A program made the position numbers and the translations under genes. Below, one piece after another: positions 27,977-36,760 of a stretch of DNA of 64,000 bases; within the stretch, counting starts at the first letter, position 1; each line of letters starts with the position of its first letter. The notes under the pieces are model-generated. The model did no database searches and was not told the origin of the DNA. It saw only the letters and a program-made list of their open reading frames with translations. Source of the DNA: Bacillota bacterium (lineage in GTDB: Bacteria; Bacillota; Clostridia; Christensenellales; SZUA-584). The stretch lies in the NCBI GenBank assembly GCA_023406895.1, contig JAEXTV010000030.1, forward strand, positions 13,921 to 77,920, written 5' to 3'.

Positions 27977-28561
27977 ATGATCAATTATATATGGGCGTTT
28001 TTAATTGTTGTCGGCACGGTGGTGGGGATTGCAACAGGCCATACGCAAGCTGTGGGAGATGCGGCTGTGGAGGGGGCCAAAGAGGCAGGACTGCTTTGCA
28101 TCAGCCTTATCGGCGCGTATGCGCTGTGGCTGGGTGTGCTTAATGTCGCCAAGGAAGCGGGGCTCATTGAGGCGCTCGCAAGACGCATGCGTGGGGTGAT
28201 CCGCTGGCTGTTTCCGGATGTACCGCCCAAAAGCGAGGCTTGTGGCTATATTACGCTCAATATTGTGGCCAATATGCTCGGCATGGGCAACGCCGCGACG
28301 CCATTCGGGCTGAAAGCCATGAAAGAACTGCAGGAATTGAACGGGAACAAGGATGTGGCTTCCGACGCGATGTGCATGCTGCTGATCATAAACGCCGCGT
28401 CCGTACAGCTGCTGCCGATGACAGTGATTGCGCTTCGCAGCGCGGCGGGCAGCATTGCGCCTGCCGAAATTGTGCTGACGTCGTTTATCACCACAGCCAC
28501 AACCACGGCGCTTGCTGTCATCGTCGGAAAGGTATGGCAGAGGTTAAAAAGATGGCGTTAA
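27977..28561 (+). CDS. spmA: Spore maturation protein A (nucleoside-recognition domain membrane protein)
   Basis: MINYIWAFLIVVG N-terminus and membrane topology typical of SpmA. Followed by overlapping spmB. Confidence 0.85.
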   Translation: MINYIWAFLIVVGTVVGIATGHTQAVGDAAVEGAKEAGLLCISLIGAYALWLGVLNVAKEAGLIEALARRMRGVIRWLFPDVPPKSEACGYITLNIVANMLGMGNAATPFGLKAMKELQELNGNKDVASDAMCMLLIINAASVQLLPMTVIALRSAAGSIAPAEIVLTSFITTATTTALAVIVGKVWQRLKRWR

Positions 28562-29082
28562 TGACGAGTATTTCGGCGCTGTTTGTGCCAATTTTTATTG
28601 CGGGTATCGTGGTGTTCGGCCTTGCGAGAAAGGTGCCCGTTTATGAAGCGTTCATACGCGGCGCGAAGCAGGGGTTTACGACGGTGGTGCGTATTCTGCC
28701 TTATGTGATCGGCTTTATTTTCGCGATACAGATTTTTACCGCTTCGGGCAGCTTTGATTACATATCAGCCGCATTATCGCCGCTGCTCATGCCGATGGGC
28801 ATACCGCCCGAAGTCCTGCCGCTGGCGCTGATGCGCCCGTTCTCGGGCAGCGCCTCCATCGGGATGCTGACGACGATGCTGACCCGTTACGGACCGGACA
28901 GCTTTATCGGCCGGGTGGCGAGCACAATGATGGGTTCGTCTGAAACACTTTTTTACACCACGGCTTTATATTTCGGCAGCGTGGGAATAAAAAAGTCGCG
29001 CTATACCATTCCTGTGGCACTGATGTCAGAAGTTGCGGGACTGCTGACAAGCGTGGCGATTTGCAAAATTTTTTTTAAGTGA
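28552..29082 (+). CDS. spmB: Spore maturation protein B
   Basis: MALMTSISALFVPIFIAGIVVFG ... RPFSGSAS motifs. ATG 28552 overlaps the spmA stop. The track ORF from 28240 is an out-of-context extension. Confidence 0.85.
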   Translation: MALMTSISALFVPIFIAGIVVFGLARKVPVYEAFIRGAKQGFTTVVRILPYVIGFIFAIQIFTASGSFDYISAALSPLLMPMGIPPEVLPLALMRPFSGSASIGMLTTMLTRYGPDSFIGRVASTMMGSSETLFYTTALYFGSVGIKKSRYTIPVALMSEVAGLLTSVAICKIFFK

Positions 29083-29235
29083 TCGTAAAATATTCGACTT
29101 AATAGTAAAAAAACAAACATAGACATGTCGAATTATGCAGAATTATTGAATATTAATGAATAATTTAAAAAAATAACTTATTTAAGCCTAAAAAAAAATT
29201 TATTAAGTTTTTATGACATTTGGGAATATAATGAA

Positions 29236-31167
29236 CTACTGGACAGGTATGGATTGATCGTGCGCGTTTTCCCACTCATTCATCAGCGCATCCACGGCTT
29301 CCTGCTGGCTAGCATAGTCATTGGAAAGGGCCGCAATGCGCTCCGAATCCAGTGCTGACGGATCAGCCAGCTGCGCCTCAATTTCAGCCAGGCGCTGCTC
29401 GGCGGCTTCGATGTCGCGCTCAAGCTGCGCGATGCGTTTTTTTGCTTCGCGCGCGCTCAGTTCCTTTTCTTTTTCGGCTCTTTTCTGTTTGGCGGCGGCC
29501 GTTTTGGTGATACCGGTCTCTTCGGGCTGCTCGGTTTCTCTGAGCTTTTCGAGCGCGGTTAAATAATCGCTCCAGTTGCCTGTGAACGAGGTCAGCGCAT
29601 TGTCCTTTAATTCGAGCACGCGTGTGGCGATTTTATTGATGAAGTACCTATCGTGGCTCACGAAAAGCACCGTGCCGTCGAAACCGCAGAGTGCGTCTTC
29701 GAGCATTTCGCGGCTGTCCATATCAAGATGGTTCGTCGGCTCGTCGAGCAGCAGCAGATTGTCCTGCCCGAGCATCAGCTTGAGCAGCGAGAGCCGCCCT
29801 TTTTCGCCGCCCGAAAGCGCCGAGACGGGCTTAAACACATCGTCTCCGAGAAACAGAAACGACGCGAGGATATTTCTGATTTCGCCGTCAGACAGCCCCG
29901 GGTAATCGCCGCGCATCTCCTCAATCACGGTCAGCCGCGAATCGAGGTTCTCCTGTAGCTGGTCGTAATACCCGGCGGAGACGCCCGCACCCACAGAGAC
30001 ATCACCATTTGTGGGGGCCAGCCGATCGGCGGCAATGCGCAGCAGCGTTGTTTTGCCGATGCCGTTGGGGCCCATAAGCGCGGCGCGGTCTCCCTTATAA
30101 AGGTGCATGTTCACGCCGCTGAACAGCGCGGCGGGCGAATCCGGCCACTGCAGCGCAACGTCTTCCATCACGAGCACATCGCTGCTGCCGCGCGCAGATG
30201 CGCTGAGTTTCAGCGATATCTTTTCGCGGTCGCCCTCGGGGCGGTCCACCTTTTCCATCTTACTAAGCAGCGTTTCGCGCGCGTGCATTTTGATGAAGTT
30301 CTTGCCGCCGCCCGAATTACCCCAGGTTCTGTATTGTTCAATCACCTTTTTTTGGCGTGCGATTTCACGCTGGTTATGCTCGTAGGCCTTTTGCGCCAAC
30401 CGGCGTTTCTCGTCGCGCTGCGCCACAAAAGATGTGTAATTGCCGATATACACATCCGTCACGCCGCCGTGAAGATCGGCGATGTGCGTGCATGTTTGGT
30501 CGAGAAACCAGCGGTCGTGCGAGACGATCAGCACAGCGCCCTGCCATGCCTTGAGATAACCTTCAAGCCACGTCACCGCGTCGGTATCTAGATGGTTGGT
30601 CGGTTCGTCGAGCAGCAGCAGCTTTGGCTTTTCGAGCAATAGCTTGGCGAGCATGAGCCGCGCGCGCTGGCCGCCCGAGAGCGTGCAGACCGCACGGTCA
30701 TAGACGTCCTCGCCCAGCCCGAGGCCCTTCAAAACGCCGTTGATGGAGCTTTTGTAGCCGTAACCGTCCGCCTCTTCAAATGCCTGTGTGACGCGTTCGT
30801 ATTCGCGCGAGATACGCTGCCACGCGGCATCGTCGCCCGAGGCGTCTTCCATCGCATGCTCCAGCTCCCTGAGGCGCTGCTCGAGCGCAAAGGCATGCGA
30901 AAATACGGCGAGCATCGTGTCCCAAACGGACTCCTGCGTGCCTTCCGATACCTCCTGGCGCAGATATCCCGCGCCGCTGCCGAGGCTGACCGTGCCCGAA
31001 TCGGCGGGTATTTCGCCGCAGATGATGCGCAGCAGCGTGGTTTTGCCCGCGCCGTTGGGGCCCACGAGCCCCATGCGCATCTCGTCGGTGAGCGTGAGCG
31101 TCACGCCGCTCAGCACGGTTTCCGCGCCGAAGCTTTTGGCAATGTCTTTGAGCGACAGAGCGATCAT
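29236..31167 (-). CDS. ABC-F family ATPase (translation-associated; Uup/YdiF-like) with C-terminal coiled coil
   Basis: Two NBDs (GPNGAGKTT / GPNGIGKTT; LSGGQRARL / LSGGEKGRL), an inter-domain linker, no TM domain, Lys/Glu-rich coiled-coil tail. GGAGGAAG RBS before ATG 31167. Confidence 0.9.
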   Translation of the reverse strand: MIALSLKDIAKSFGAETVLSGVTLTLTDEMRMGLVGPNGAGKTTLLRIICGEIPADSGTVSLGSGAGYLRQEVSEGTQESVWDTMLAVFSHAFALEQRLRELEHAMEDASGDDAAWQRISREYERVTQAFEEADGYGYKSSINGVLKGLGLGEDVYDRAVCTLSGGQRARLMLAKLLLEKPKLLLLDEPTNHLDTDAVTWLEGYLKAWQGAVLIVSHDRWFLDQTCTHIADLHGGVTDVYIGNYTSFVAQRDEKRRLAQKAYEHNQREIARQKKVIEQYRTWGNSGGGKNFIKMHARETLLSKMEKVDRPEGDREKISLKLSASARGSSDVLVMEDVALQWPDSPAALFSGVNMHLYKGDRAALMGPNGIGKTTLLRIAADRLAPTNGDVSVGAGVSAGYYDQLQENLDSRLTVIEEMRGDYPGLSDGEIRNILASFLFLGDDVFKPVSALSGGEKGRLSLLKLMLGQDNLLLLDEPTNHLDMDSREMLEDALCGFDGTVLFVSHDRYFINKIATRVLELKDNALTSFTGNWSDYLTALEKLRETEQPEETGITKTAAAKQKRAEKEKELSAREAKKRIAQLERDIEAAEQRLAEIEAQLADPSALDSERIAALSNDYASQQEAVDALMNEWENAHDQSIPVQ

Positions 31168-31431
31168 GTAACTTCCTCCAAAAAAACTCAAAGCCCATTA
31201 TAAAGGATTTGCGCGAAAAAATAAAGCGGGGGGAGGAGCAGATAGCAATGACAGGAGTCGCCTTCGCCTGTACCCTGCATGGGGTAAGCCACTGCGTTTT
31301 GATTTCTGCAGTTATCAAATATGTACCGTGCCAAACAATCCTATCAAGGGATTTGGTCGCCAATAGCGAACTAATCCATTGGAGACAATAACAGAGAATG
31401 CTTCGTGAAGCATCATTAAAGAGAGGACGAT

Positions 31432-32379
31432 ATGATCATCAGCGCAAGCCGACGCACCGATATTCCGTCATACTACTCCGACTGGTTCTTTAACCGAATC
31501 AGGGAAGGGTTTGTGTACGTCCGCAACCCGATGAATGCTCATCGAATCAGCAAAATCTCATTAAGCCCGGATGTAGTGGACGGTATTGTGTTTTGGACGA
31601 AGAATCCGATTCCGATGCTGGAAAGATTGGATGAGCTCAAAGTGTATCCTTTCTATTTTCAGTTCACGCTGAGCGCTTATGCAAACGATGTGGAAGTGAG
31701 CCTGCCGAGCAAAAACAATGTGCTGATTCCCGCGTTTCAGCGGCTGGCGGATAAAATCGGCCCCGAGCGCGTGATATGGCGCTACGACCCGATACTGATC
31801 AACAAGACATACACGAAAGACTGCCACATCGAATATTTTGAAAAGCTTGCAAAAAGGCTGGCGGGTTATACCGAGAAGTGTACCATCAGCTTCATTGATA
31901 TGTACCGCAATACGGTAAGTCATGCAAGGGAGATGGAGCTGACGGAAGTTTCAGAGCAATGTCAGAACGAGATGGCCAAAGCGCTCGCGGATATTGCCCA
32001 TGGCTATGGACTTTGTATGGAGGCCTGCGCAGAGCCGATTGACTTCAGTCAATATGGCATCAGCCGTGCGCGGTGCATTGACGACAGGTTATTTCAAAGA
32101 ATATCGGGGTATCCGCTGAAAATAGAGAAGGACAAAAACCAGCGCCAGACCTGCGGCTGTGTGAGCAGCATTGATATCGGTATGTACAACACGTGCAGGA
32201 ACGGATGCCGATACTGCTACGCGAATTACAATGAAAAAATGGTACAAACCAATTGGCTTGCCCATGATGTCAATTCTTCGTTGATAGCGGGGCAGGAGAA
32301 TGCAGACGATGTGATTACCGAGAGAAAAGTTGTTTCGAACAGAAATAACCAAATCAGCTTTTTAGAAGGCTTGGATTAA
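31432..32379 (+). CDS. DUF1848 family protein
   Basis: N-terminal IISASRRTDIPSYYSDWF and C-terminal Cys cluster CGCVSSIDIGMYNTCRNGCRYCYAN, as remembered for DUF1848. Confidence 0.75.
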   Translation: MIISASRRTDIPSYYSDWFFNRIREGFVYVRNPMNAHRISKISLSPDVVDGIVFWTKNPIPMLERLDELKVYPFYFQFTLSAYANDVEVSLPSKNNVLIPAFQRLADKIGPERVIWRYDPILINKTYTKDCHIEYFEKLAKRLAGYTEKCTISFIDMYRNTVSHAREMELTEVSEQCQNEMAKALADIAHGYGLCMEACAEPIDFSQYGISRARCIDDRLFQRISGYPLKIEKDKNQRQTCGCVSSIDIGMYNTCRNGCRYCYANYNEKMVQTNWLAHDVNSSLIAGQENADDVITERKVVSNRNNQISFLEGLD

Positions 32380-32612
32380 ACAAACTGGCTTGTATGATTC
32401 AAGCTTATTATGTATCTTCAAGGAATATGGAAATTTGTGTCGAAATAGTATGTAGAATGTTGTGATTAAGCTTTAATAAGAAAACTGCACCAAGCCTTTT
32501 AACGTTGCATTATAGCAATAATGAGCATTATATTATCTGATGTTAGAAACCATATTGACGCAAAATGTTGAAGATATAAAACTGACTGATACTATAAAAA
32601 AGAAGGTGAATT

Positions 32613-33215
32613 ATGGAGACAATGTTAGTTGAAACTGTGCAAACAGGCCTATCTACTTCAGATTGGATTCAAATAATTTCTGCAGCAGCTACATTTATTA
32701 TCAGTGTTATTTCCGTAATTATCGCAGTCATTGCTATTCGACAGACAAAAAAAGCAGCTGAGACTGCAGCGAATGATTTACATGAAACAACACGTGGTAA
32801 TGTTGGAATCTCCTATGATATGATTCAACACTCGAAATCAAAACCTGTGGGGTATATTTTAGTTAAGAATTATGGAGCAGCTCCCTTGCGATTTGAACAA
32901 TTTGATTATGACCAAGCATTACTCGATAATAATCAGAATCAAAATCAAGATGCATTTAAAACCCAATTTGATAGAATGAAGAATGTTACACTAGCCCCTG
33001 GTCAGGCGATACGCATTATGTTCATTGAAAAAAACACATCAGCTCATGACTACCGTTTTACGTTTAGATATAAAACAAGCGGAAGATATTATGATGACGA
33101 GGTATATATTAATGTTGCAGCGATTACAGGTATTCTAAAAGGCAAATTTATGACTAAAGACTATGAGGAATCGCAAGCTGTAATTCTTGCCGAAATTGCC
33201 GAGAGGATGATGTAA
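32613..33215 (+). CDS. Orphan hypothetical membrane-anchored protein in an AT-rich islet
   Basis: AGAAGGTG RBS. One N-terminal TM (IQIISAAATFIISVISVIIAVIAI), then a roughly 150-aa domain with no motif I recognise. Codon usage is visibly AT-biased relative to neighbours. Confidence 0.6.
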   Translation: METMLVETVQTGLSTSDWIQIISAAATFIISVISVIIAVIAIRQTKKAAETAANDLHETTRGNVGISYDMIQHSKSKPVGYILVKNYGAAPLRFEQFDYDQALLDNNQNQNQDAFKTQFDRMKNVTLAPGQAIRIMFIEKNTSAHDYRFTFRYKTSGRYYDDEVYINVAAITGILKGKFMTKDYEESQAVILAEIAERMM

Positions 33216-33304
33216 TCTCTATACAAGAGTCACATTTTTTAACTTCCCATTATGGGTATTATAGGCTAGTGGTTTACTACACATTATCCATATAATCGTC
33301 ACAC

Positions 33305-33338
33305 AAAAAGGGATGCCATGCGGCACCTTTTTTTTACC
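33305..33338. terminator. Bidirectional terminator
   Basis: AAAAAGGG(A)TGCC-ATGC-GGCACCTTTTTTTT. The stem includes the flanking A and T runs. Confidence 0.55.
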
Positions 33339-33353
33339 GATTTCCCTGTCTCT

Positions 33354-34271
33354 CTATTCTTCTATCTGCACATTAAGCTGTGCCGTCTCTCCATTGGCGT
33401 TCGTGACTGAGATCGTATCATTGCCTAAATCCGACGCCTGAAACACGGGCAGCGGCGAATCCGCTTCGAGCGCGCTCAGCAGCCCGCCCACACTTTTCAC
33501 CGCGGGCAATTCACCGTTGCCGCCGCCTGTCAGCAGAATCCTCTCGCCCACATGCAAATGCAGCGTATCCACCGGCAGCACAATGCCGCCTGTCGGTGAA
33601 GCGCCGTACGGCACGATATATGTGACGACCCTCTCGGGCAGCGTGTTATCCAAGCCGGATTGGCGGCTGCGCTGCTCCACGAGCACGCCGTCCCGCACCT
33701 CCACCGTGCCGCTCGGCACATAATCCTGAGACCGCCAGATGAACGCGAGGTCGTCTTCCAGGCTTAAGAGGCGGTAGTGCAGATAGTTTTTTTCGCTGTC
33801 GCCCGACGCCACGAGCAGCATGTTGCGGCTGGTACCCGGCAGGTTCAAGGTCGCGACGGGGTAGAGTTTGTCGCATTCGGAGAACAGCCCGCTGTACACC
33901 ATCTGTGAGCTGCCGTTGCCTTCAATCTGCCAAAGCATCATCATGAAACCGGGGTCGGCCTGGCGCGGCGTATCCACCGGCACAAAGCTAATTTCATACT
34001 CGCGGCTCGAATCGTCCAGCGCCACAGTCTGATGCGACAGCTTTTCCTGCGGTCTGACGGTTGCCGGGGAAATGGTGAGCACGAGCACAGCCGCAGCGGC
34101 GGCGAGTACACCCGCAACGACGAGAGCCGATTTCAGGCACAGACCGCGTCTGCGCTTCGGCACCGCCGCCCCATCAGCCATGCGCCTGTGCCACGTTTGC
34201 AGTCCGGTAAAAAACCGGTTTGATTCTGTTTTTCCTATTGCCAGCAGCTGGTCGAGTTCACGGTCGTTCAC
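33354..34271 (-). CDS. Putative anti-sigma factor / membrane-anchored extracytoplasmic protein
   Basis: Short cytoplasmic N-terminus, a single TM (ALVVAGVLAAAAAVLVLTI), about 230-aa outside domain. 4-nt overlap with the ECF sigma gene. No HxxxCxxC zinc motif. Confidence 0.55.
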   Translation of the reverse strand: MNDRELDQLLAIGKTESNRFFTGLQTWHRRMADGAAVPKRRRGLCLKSALVVAGVLAAAAAVLVLTISPATVRPQEKLSHQTVALDDSSREYEISFVPVDTPRQADPGFMMMLWQIEGNGSSQMVYSGLFSECDKLYPVATLNLPGTSRNMLLVASGDSEKNYLHYRLLSLEDDLAFIWRSQDYVPSGTVEVRDGVLVEQRSRQSGLDNTLPERVVTYIVPYGASPTGGIVLPVDTLHLHVGERILLTGGGNGELPAVKSVGGLLSALEADSPLPVFQASDLGNDTISVTNANGETAQLNVQIEE

Positions 34272-34786
34272 AGCTTATCCTCCGAAAAAGCCTCGCGCAG
34301 CAGCTCCCGCGCGCGTGTGAGCCGGGTGCGGACGGTGGCCTCTTTGAGGCCGAGCGTCCGCGCAATCTCCGGCGTGGGCATGTCGTCAAAATAGTAAAGC
34401 GATATCACGGTACGGTATTTTTCGGGCAGCGCCATCACCGCCGAAAAAACCTCGCCGCCCTGCCTGAGCTCATAGTCCTGCGTCTGCGCTTTTTGCTCCG
34501 CACTGCTGAGCGGCAGGATGTGCCGGAAATAGGCGGAGGTTTTCACATCGCGGCAAAGGTTCACCGTGATCTTGTAAAGCCACGTGTAATAGGAGCTCTC
34601 GTTGCGAAACTTATCAAGATTCCTGTACGCCCGACAGAAAACCTCCTGCGCGACATCCTCGGCGAGATACCTGTCGCGCAGATGATAATAAGCGAGCTTG
34701 ATCAGCTGCGGGCCAAACCGCCGCACGAGATAATCGAGCGTTTCCTGCGCGCTTTGTTCATCCATTTTTTGCGGCTGCACCATCAT
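34268..34786 (-). CDS. ECF-type RNA polymerase sigma-70 family factor
   Basis: Region 2 (DVAQEVFCRAYRNLDKF ... YTWLYKITVN) and region 4 HTH (EIARTLGLKEATVRTRLTRARELL). Confidence 0.9.
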   Translation of the reverse strand: MMVQPQKMDEQSAQETLDYLVRRFGPQLIKLAYYHLRDRYLAEDVAQEVFCRAYRNLDKFRNESSYYTWLYKITVNLCRDVKTSAYFRHILPLSSAEQKAQTQDYELRQGGEVFSAVMALPEKYRTVISLYYFDDMPTPEIARTLGLKEATVRTRLTRARELLREAFSEDKL

Positions 34787-34819
34787 CCTGAAATGCTCCT
34801 TTTCCGTTTGATGATTCGT

Positions 34820-35821
34820 CTAATCTGCGCGAATCTCCTGCCGCATGAAAACGACATAAGAAACCGCGAAGCACACGAGTGTGAACGCGAGCAGCCCTGT
34901 TAAATGAGGCCACACGAGAAGCAGGCTCTGTCCAAAGGCCAACGGCCCGTTTACCGCGCCTGAAAGCTGCGTGGATAACACAATCCCCGTGGTACGAACT
35001 GTGGGGTCAAGTATCGTTGAGACCGACTCATTATACAGTGTCGTTGGCGATATCCTGTTGATCGTCATATTGCACTTGTAATTGGCGAGCTGCGCGTCAA
35101 GATCTGTGCTGCCAGTCACCGGGAACAGCGCGTTGGCGATGAGCCCCGCGAGCAGGCTTAAGAATATCGCAAAAAACAGCCAGACGGCGATACTTGTGAG
35201 CGCCGAAGTGGCCGAATGCCGGAACACGAGCGAAAACAGCATCGATATGCCGAGCCAGAACGAGATATACACCGTCGTGAAGAACAGAAACACGATAATG
35301 CGCCCGAGTTCCTCGGCCAGCGGTGCAATGCCGGTGACCAATATGCCGATACCGCTGATGATAAAACCAAGCGCGAACACCATGATGCCGATCACCGTCA
35401 CACCCGCGAGAAACTTGCCGTTAATCACGGCGTCTCGGTAAATCGGCTGCGCGAGCAAGCGGCTCAGCGTGCGGTGGGAACGCTCGCCGTTGATCGCGTC
35501 AAAACCGAGCGCGAGCCCCACGATAGGCCCGAGCAGCGACATGAACGTGACAAACGAGAGCATCGAGTTGCCGCCGGTTGTGAACAGCTTCAAGAAGATA
35601 AAGCTTGAATCTCCCGAATCGATGGCGCTTTGTATGCCCTGCGTGGCGCTGTAAACACTCGCAAGGCCGACCACCGTCACCAGAATCAGCAGTATTAAAA
35701 AGCGCTTGCTGCGAAAATAATCGCGCAGTTCTTTAAAGTAAAGGGCTTTCAGTCCCGTGCGCCGAAAACGGCGCGGTTCATCCGTTTTGGCAGCCGGGAC
35801 AGCGATGGCATTGGCCTGCAT
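34820..35821 (-). CDS. ABC-2 type transporter permease
   Basis: Six predicted TM segments with a large first loop. ATG 35821 lies 1 nt after the ATPase stop, with a GGAAGGAGTGG RBS. The track start at 35869 is an extension. Confidence 0.8.
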   Translation of the reverse strand: MQANAIAVPAAKTDEPRRFRRTGLKALYFKELRDYFRSKRFLILLILVTVVGLASVYSATQGIQSAIDSGDSSFIFLKLFTTGGNSMLSFVTFMSLLGPIVGLALGFDAINGERSHRTLSRLLAQPIYRDAVINGKFLAGVTVIGIMVFALGFIISGIGILVTGIAPLAEELGRIIVFLFFTTVYISFWLGISMLFSLVFRHSATSALTSIAVWLFFAIFLSLLAGLIANALFPVTGSTDLDAQLANYKCNMTINRISPTTLYNESVSTILDPTVRTTGIVLSTQLSGAVNGPLAFGQSLLLVWPHLTGLLAFTLVCFAVSYVVFMRQEIRAD

Positions 35822-35822
35822 T

Positions 35823-36758
35823 TTAAACCACTCCTTCCTTGGCAAAATAGCGCCTGTAGATGTCGTCAAGATCGCCGCCGTGCTGCTTCAAATGCAGCAG
35901 GGAAAACCCGTTCTTCAACGCCTCGTCCGCAAGGCGGCTGCGCACGTCCTTTTTGGCCTTAACGATGTACATATCACGGTCGCGCGTGACCCCGCAGACA
36001 TCCGGAACGCTGCGCAGCATTTTCACAAGCGTTTCGTTATCCGGCTTCGCCGCAAACTCGATGGATACGTTATCGCCGCCGATCGTATCATTGAGCGTCG
36101 CGATATCGCCGCAGGCCACAAGGCTGCCTTTCACGAAAATACCGACGCGGTCACAGATTTGCTGAACCTGATATAGCTGGTGAGAAGAAATCAGCACCGT
36201 GCGCCCATCCTCGTGGGCAAGCTCGCTGATCAGATCGAGCAGCTCGTGCATGCCTTCCGGGTCAATACCGAGCGTGGGTTCGTCGAGAATCACCACGCGC
36301 GGGTCTTTCATCATCACATCGGCGATGCCGAGCCGCTGACGCATGCCGCGCGAGTAAGTACGCACCTTTTTATCGGCGGCATAAGCCATGCCGGTACGTT
36401 TTAAGAGCATGTCGATGCGTTGCTCCGTCTCGGCAACGGAGAGGCCGTTCAGTTCACCGACAAAGCGCAGGTTTTCACGGCCCGTCAGGTCGTTGTAAAA
36501 TGCGACGTTATCGGGCAGATAGCCCACAATGCGCTTCACCGCGATGGGATCACGCGTACAGTCGTGCCCGTCAATCACGGCTTTGCCGCCCGAAGGCTCT
36601 GTGAGCCCCAACAGCATCAGAATTGTGGTCGTCTTGCCTGCCCCGTTGGGGCCGAGCAGGCCGAACACCTCGCCTTCTTTAACTTGCAGATTAAGTCGGT
36701 CAACGGCGACCATGTTCCCATATTTTTTGGTCAGGTTCTCCGTTTTTAAAATGGTCAT
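35823..36758 (-). CDS. ABC transporter ATP-binding protein (ABC-2/DrrA-type)
   Basis: Walker A GPNGAGKTT, signature YSRGMRQRLGIA, Walker B VVILDEPT, and a C-terminal accessory domain. Confidence 0.92.
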   Translation of the reverse strand: MTILKTENLTKKYGNMVAVDRLNLQVKEGEVFGLLGPNGAGKTTTILMLLGLTEPSGGKAVIDGHDCTRDPIAVKRIVGYLPDNVAFYNDLTGRENLRFVGELNGLSVAETEQRIDMLLKRTGMAYAADKKVRTYSRGMRQRLGIADVMMKDPRVVILDEPTLGIDPEGMHELLDLISELAHEDGRTVLISSHQLYQVQQICDRVGIFVKGSLVACGDIATLNDTIGGDNVSIEFAAKPDNETLVKMLRSVPDVCGVTRDRDMYIVKAKKDVRSRLADEALKNGFSLLHLKQHGGDLDDIYRRYFAKEGVV

Positions 36759-36760
36759 GA

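Noticed and set aside
29083-29235. Extremely AT-rich 153-bp spacer between convergent spmB and the ABC-F gene
   Set aside because: It contains only A/T runs and weak imperfect inverted repeats. This is consistent with a convergent-terminator or curved-DNA spacer, and I could define no discrete element.
34220-34903. 227-aa plus-strand ORF across the ECF sigma gene
   Set aside because: A shadow ORF. The minus strand encodes clear sigma regions 2 and 4.
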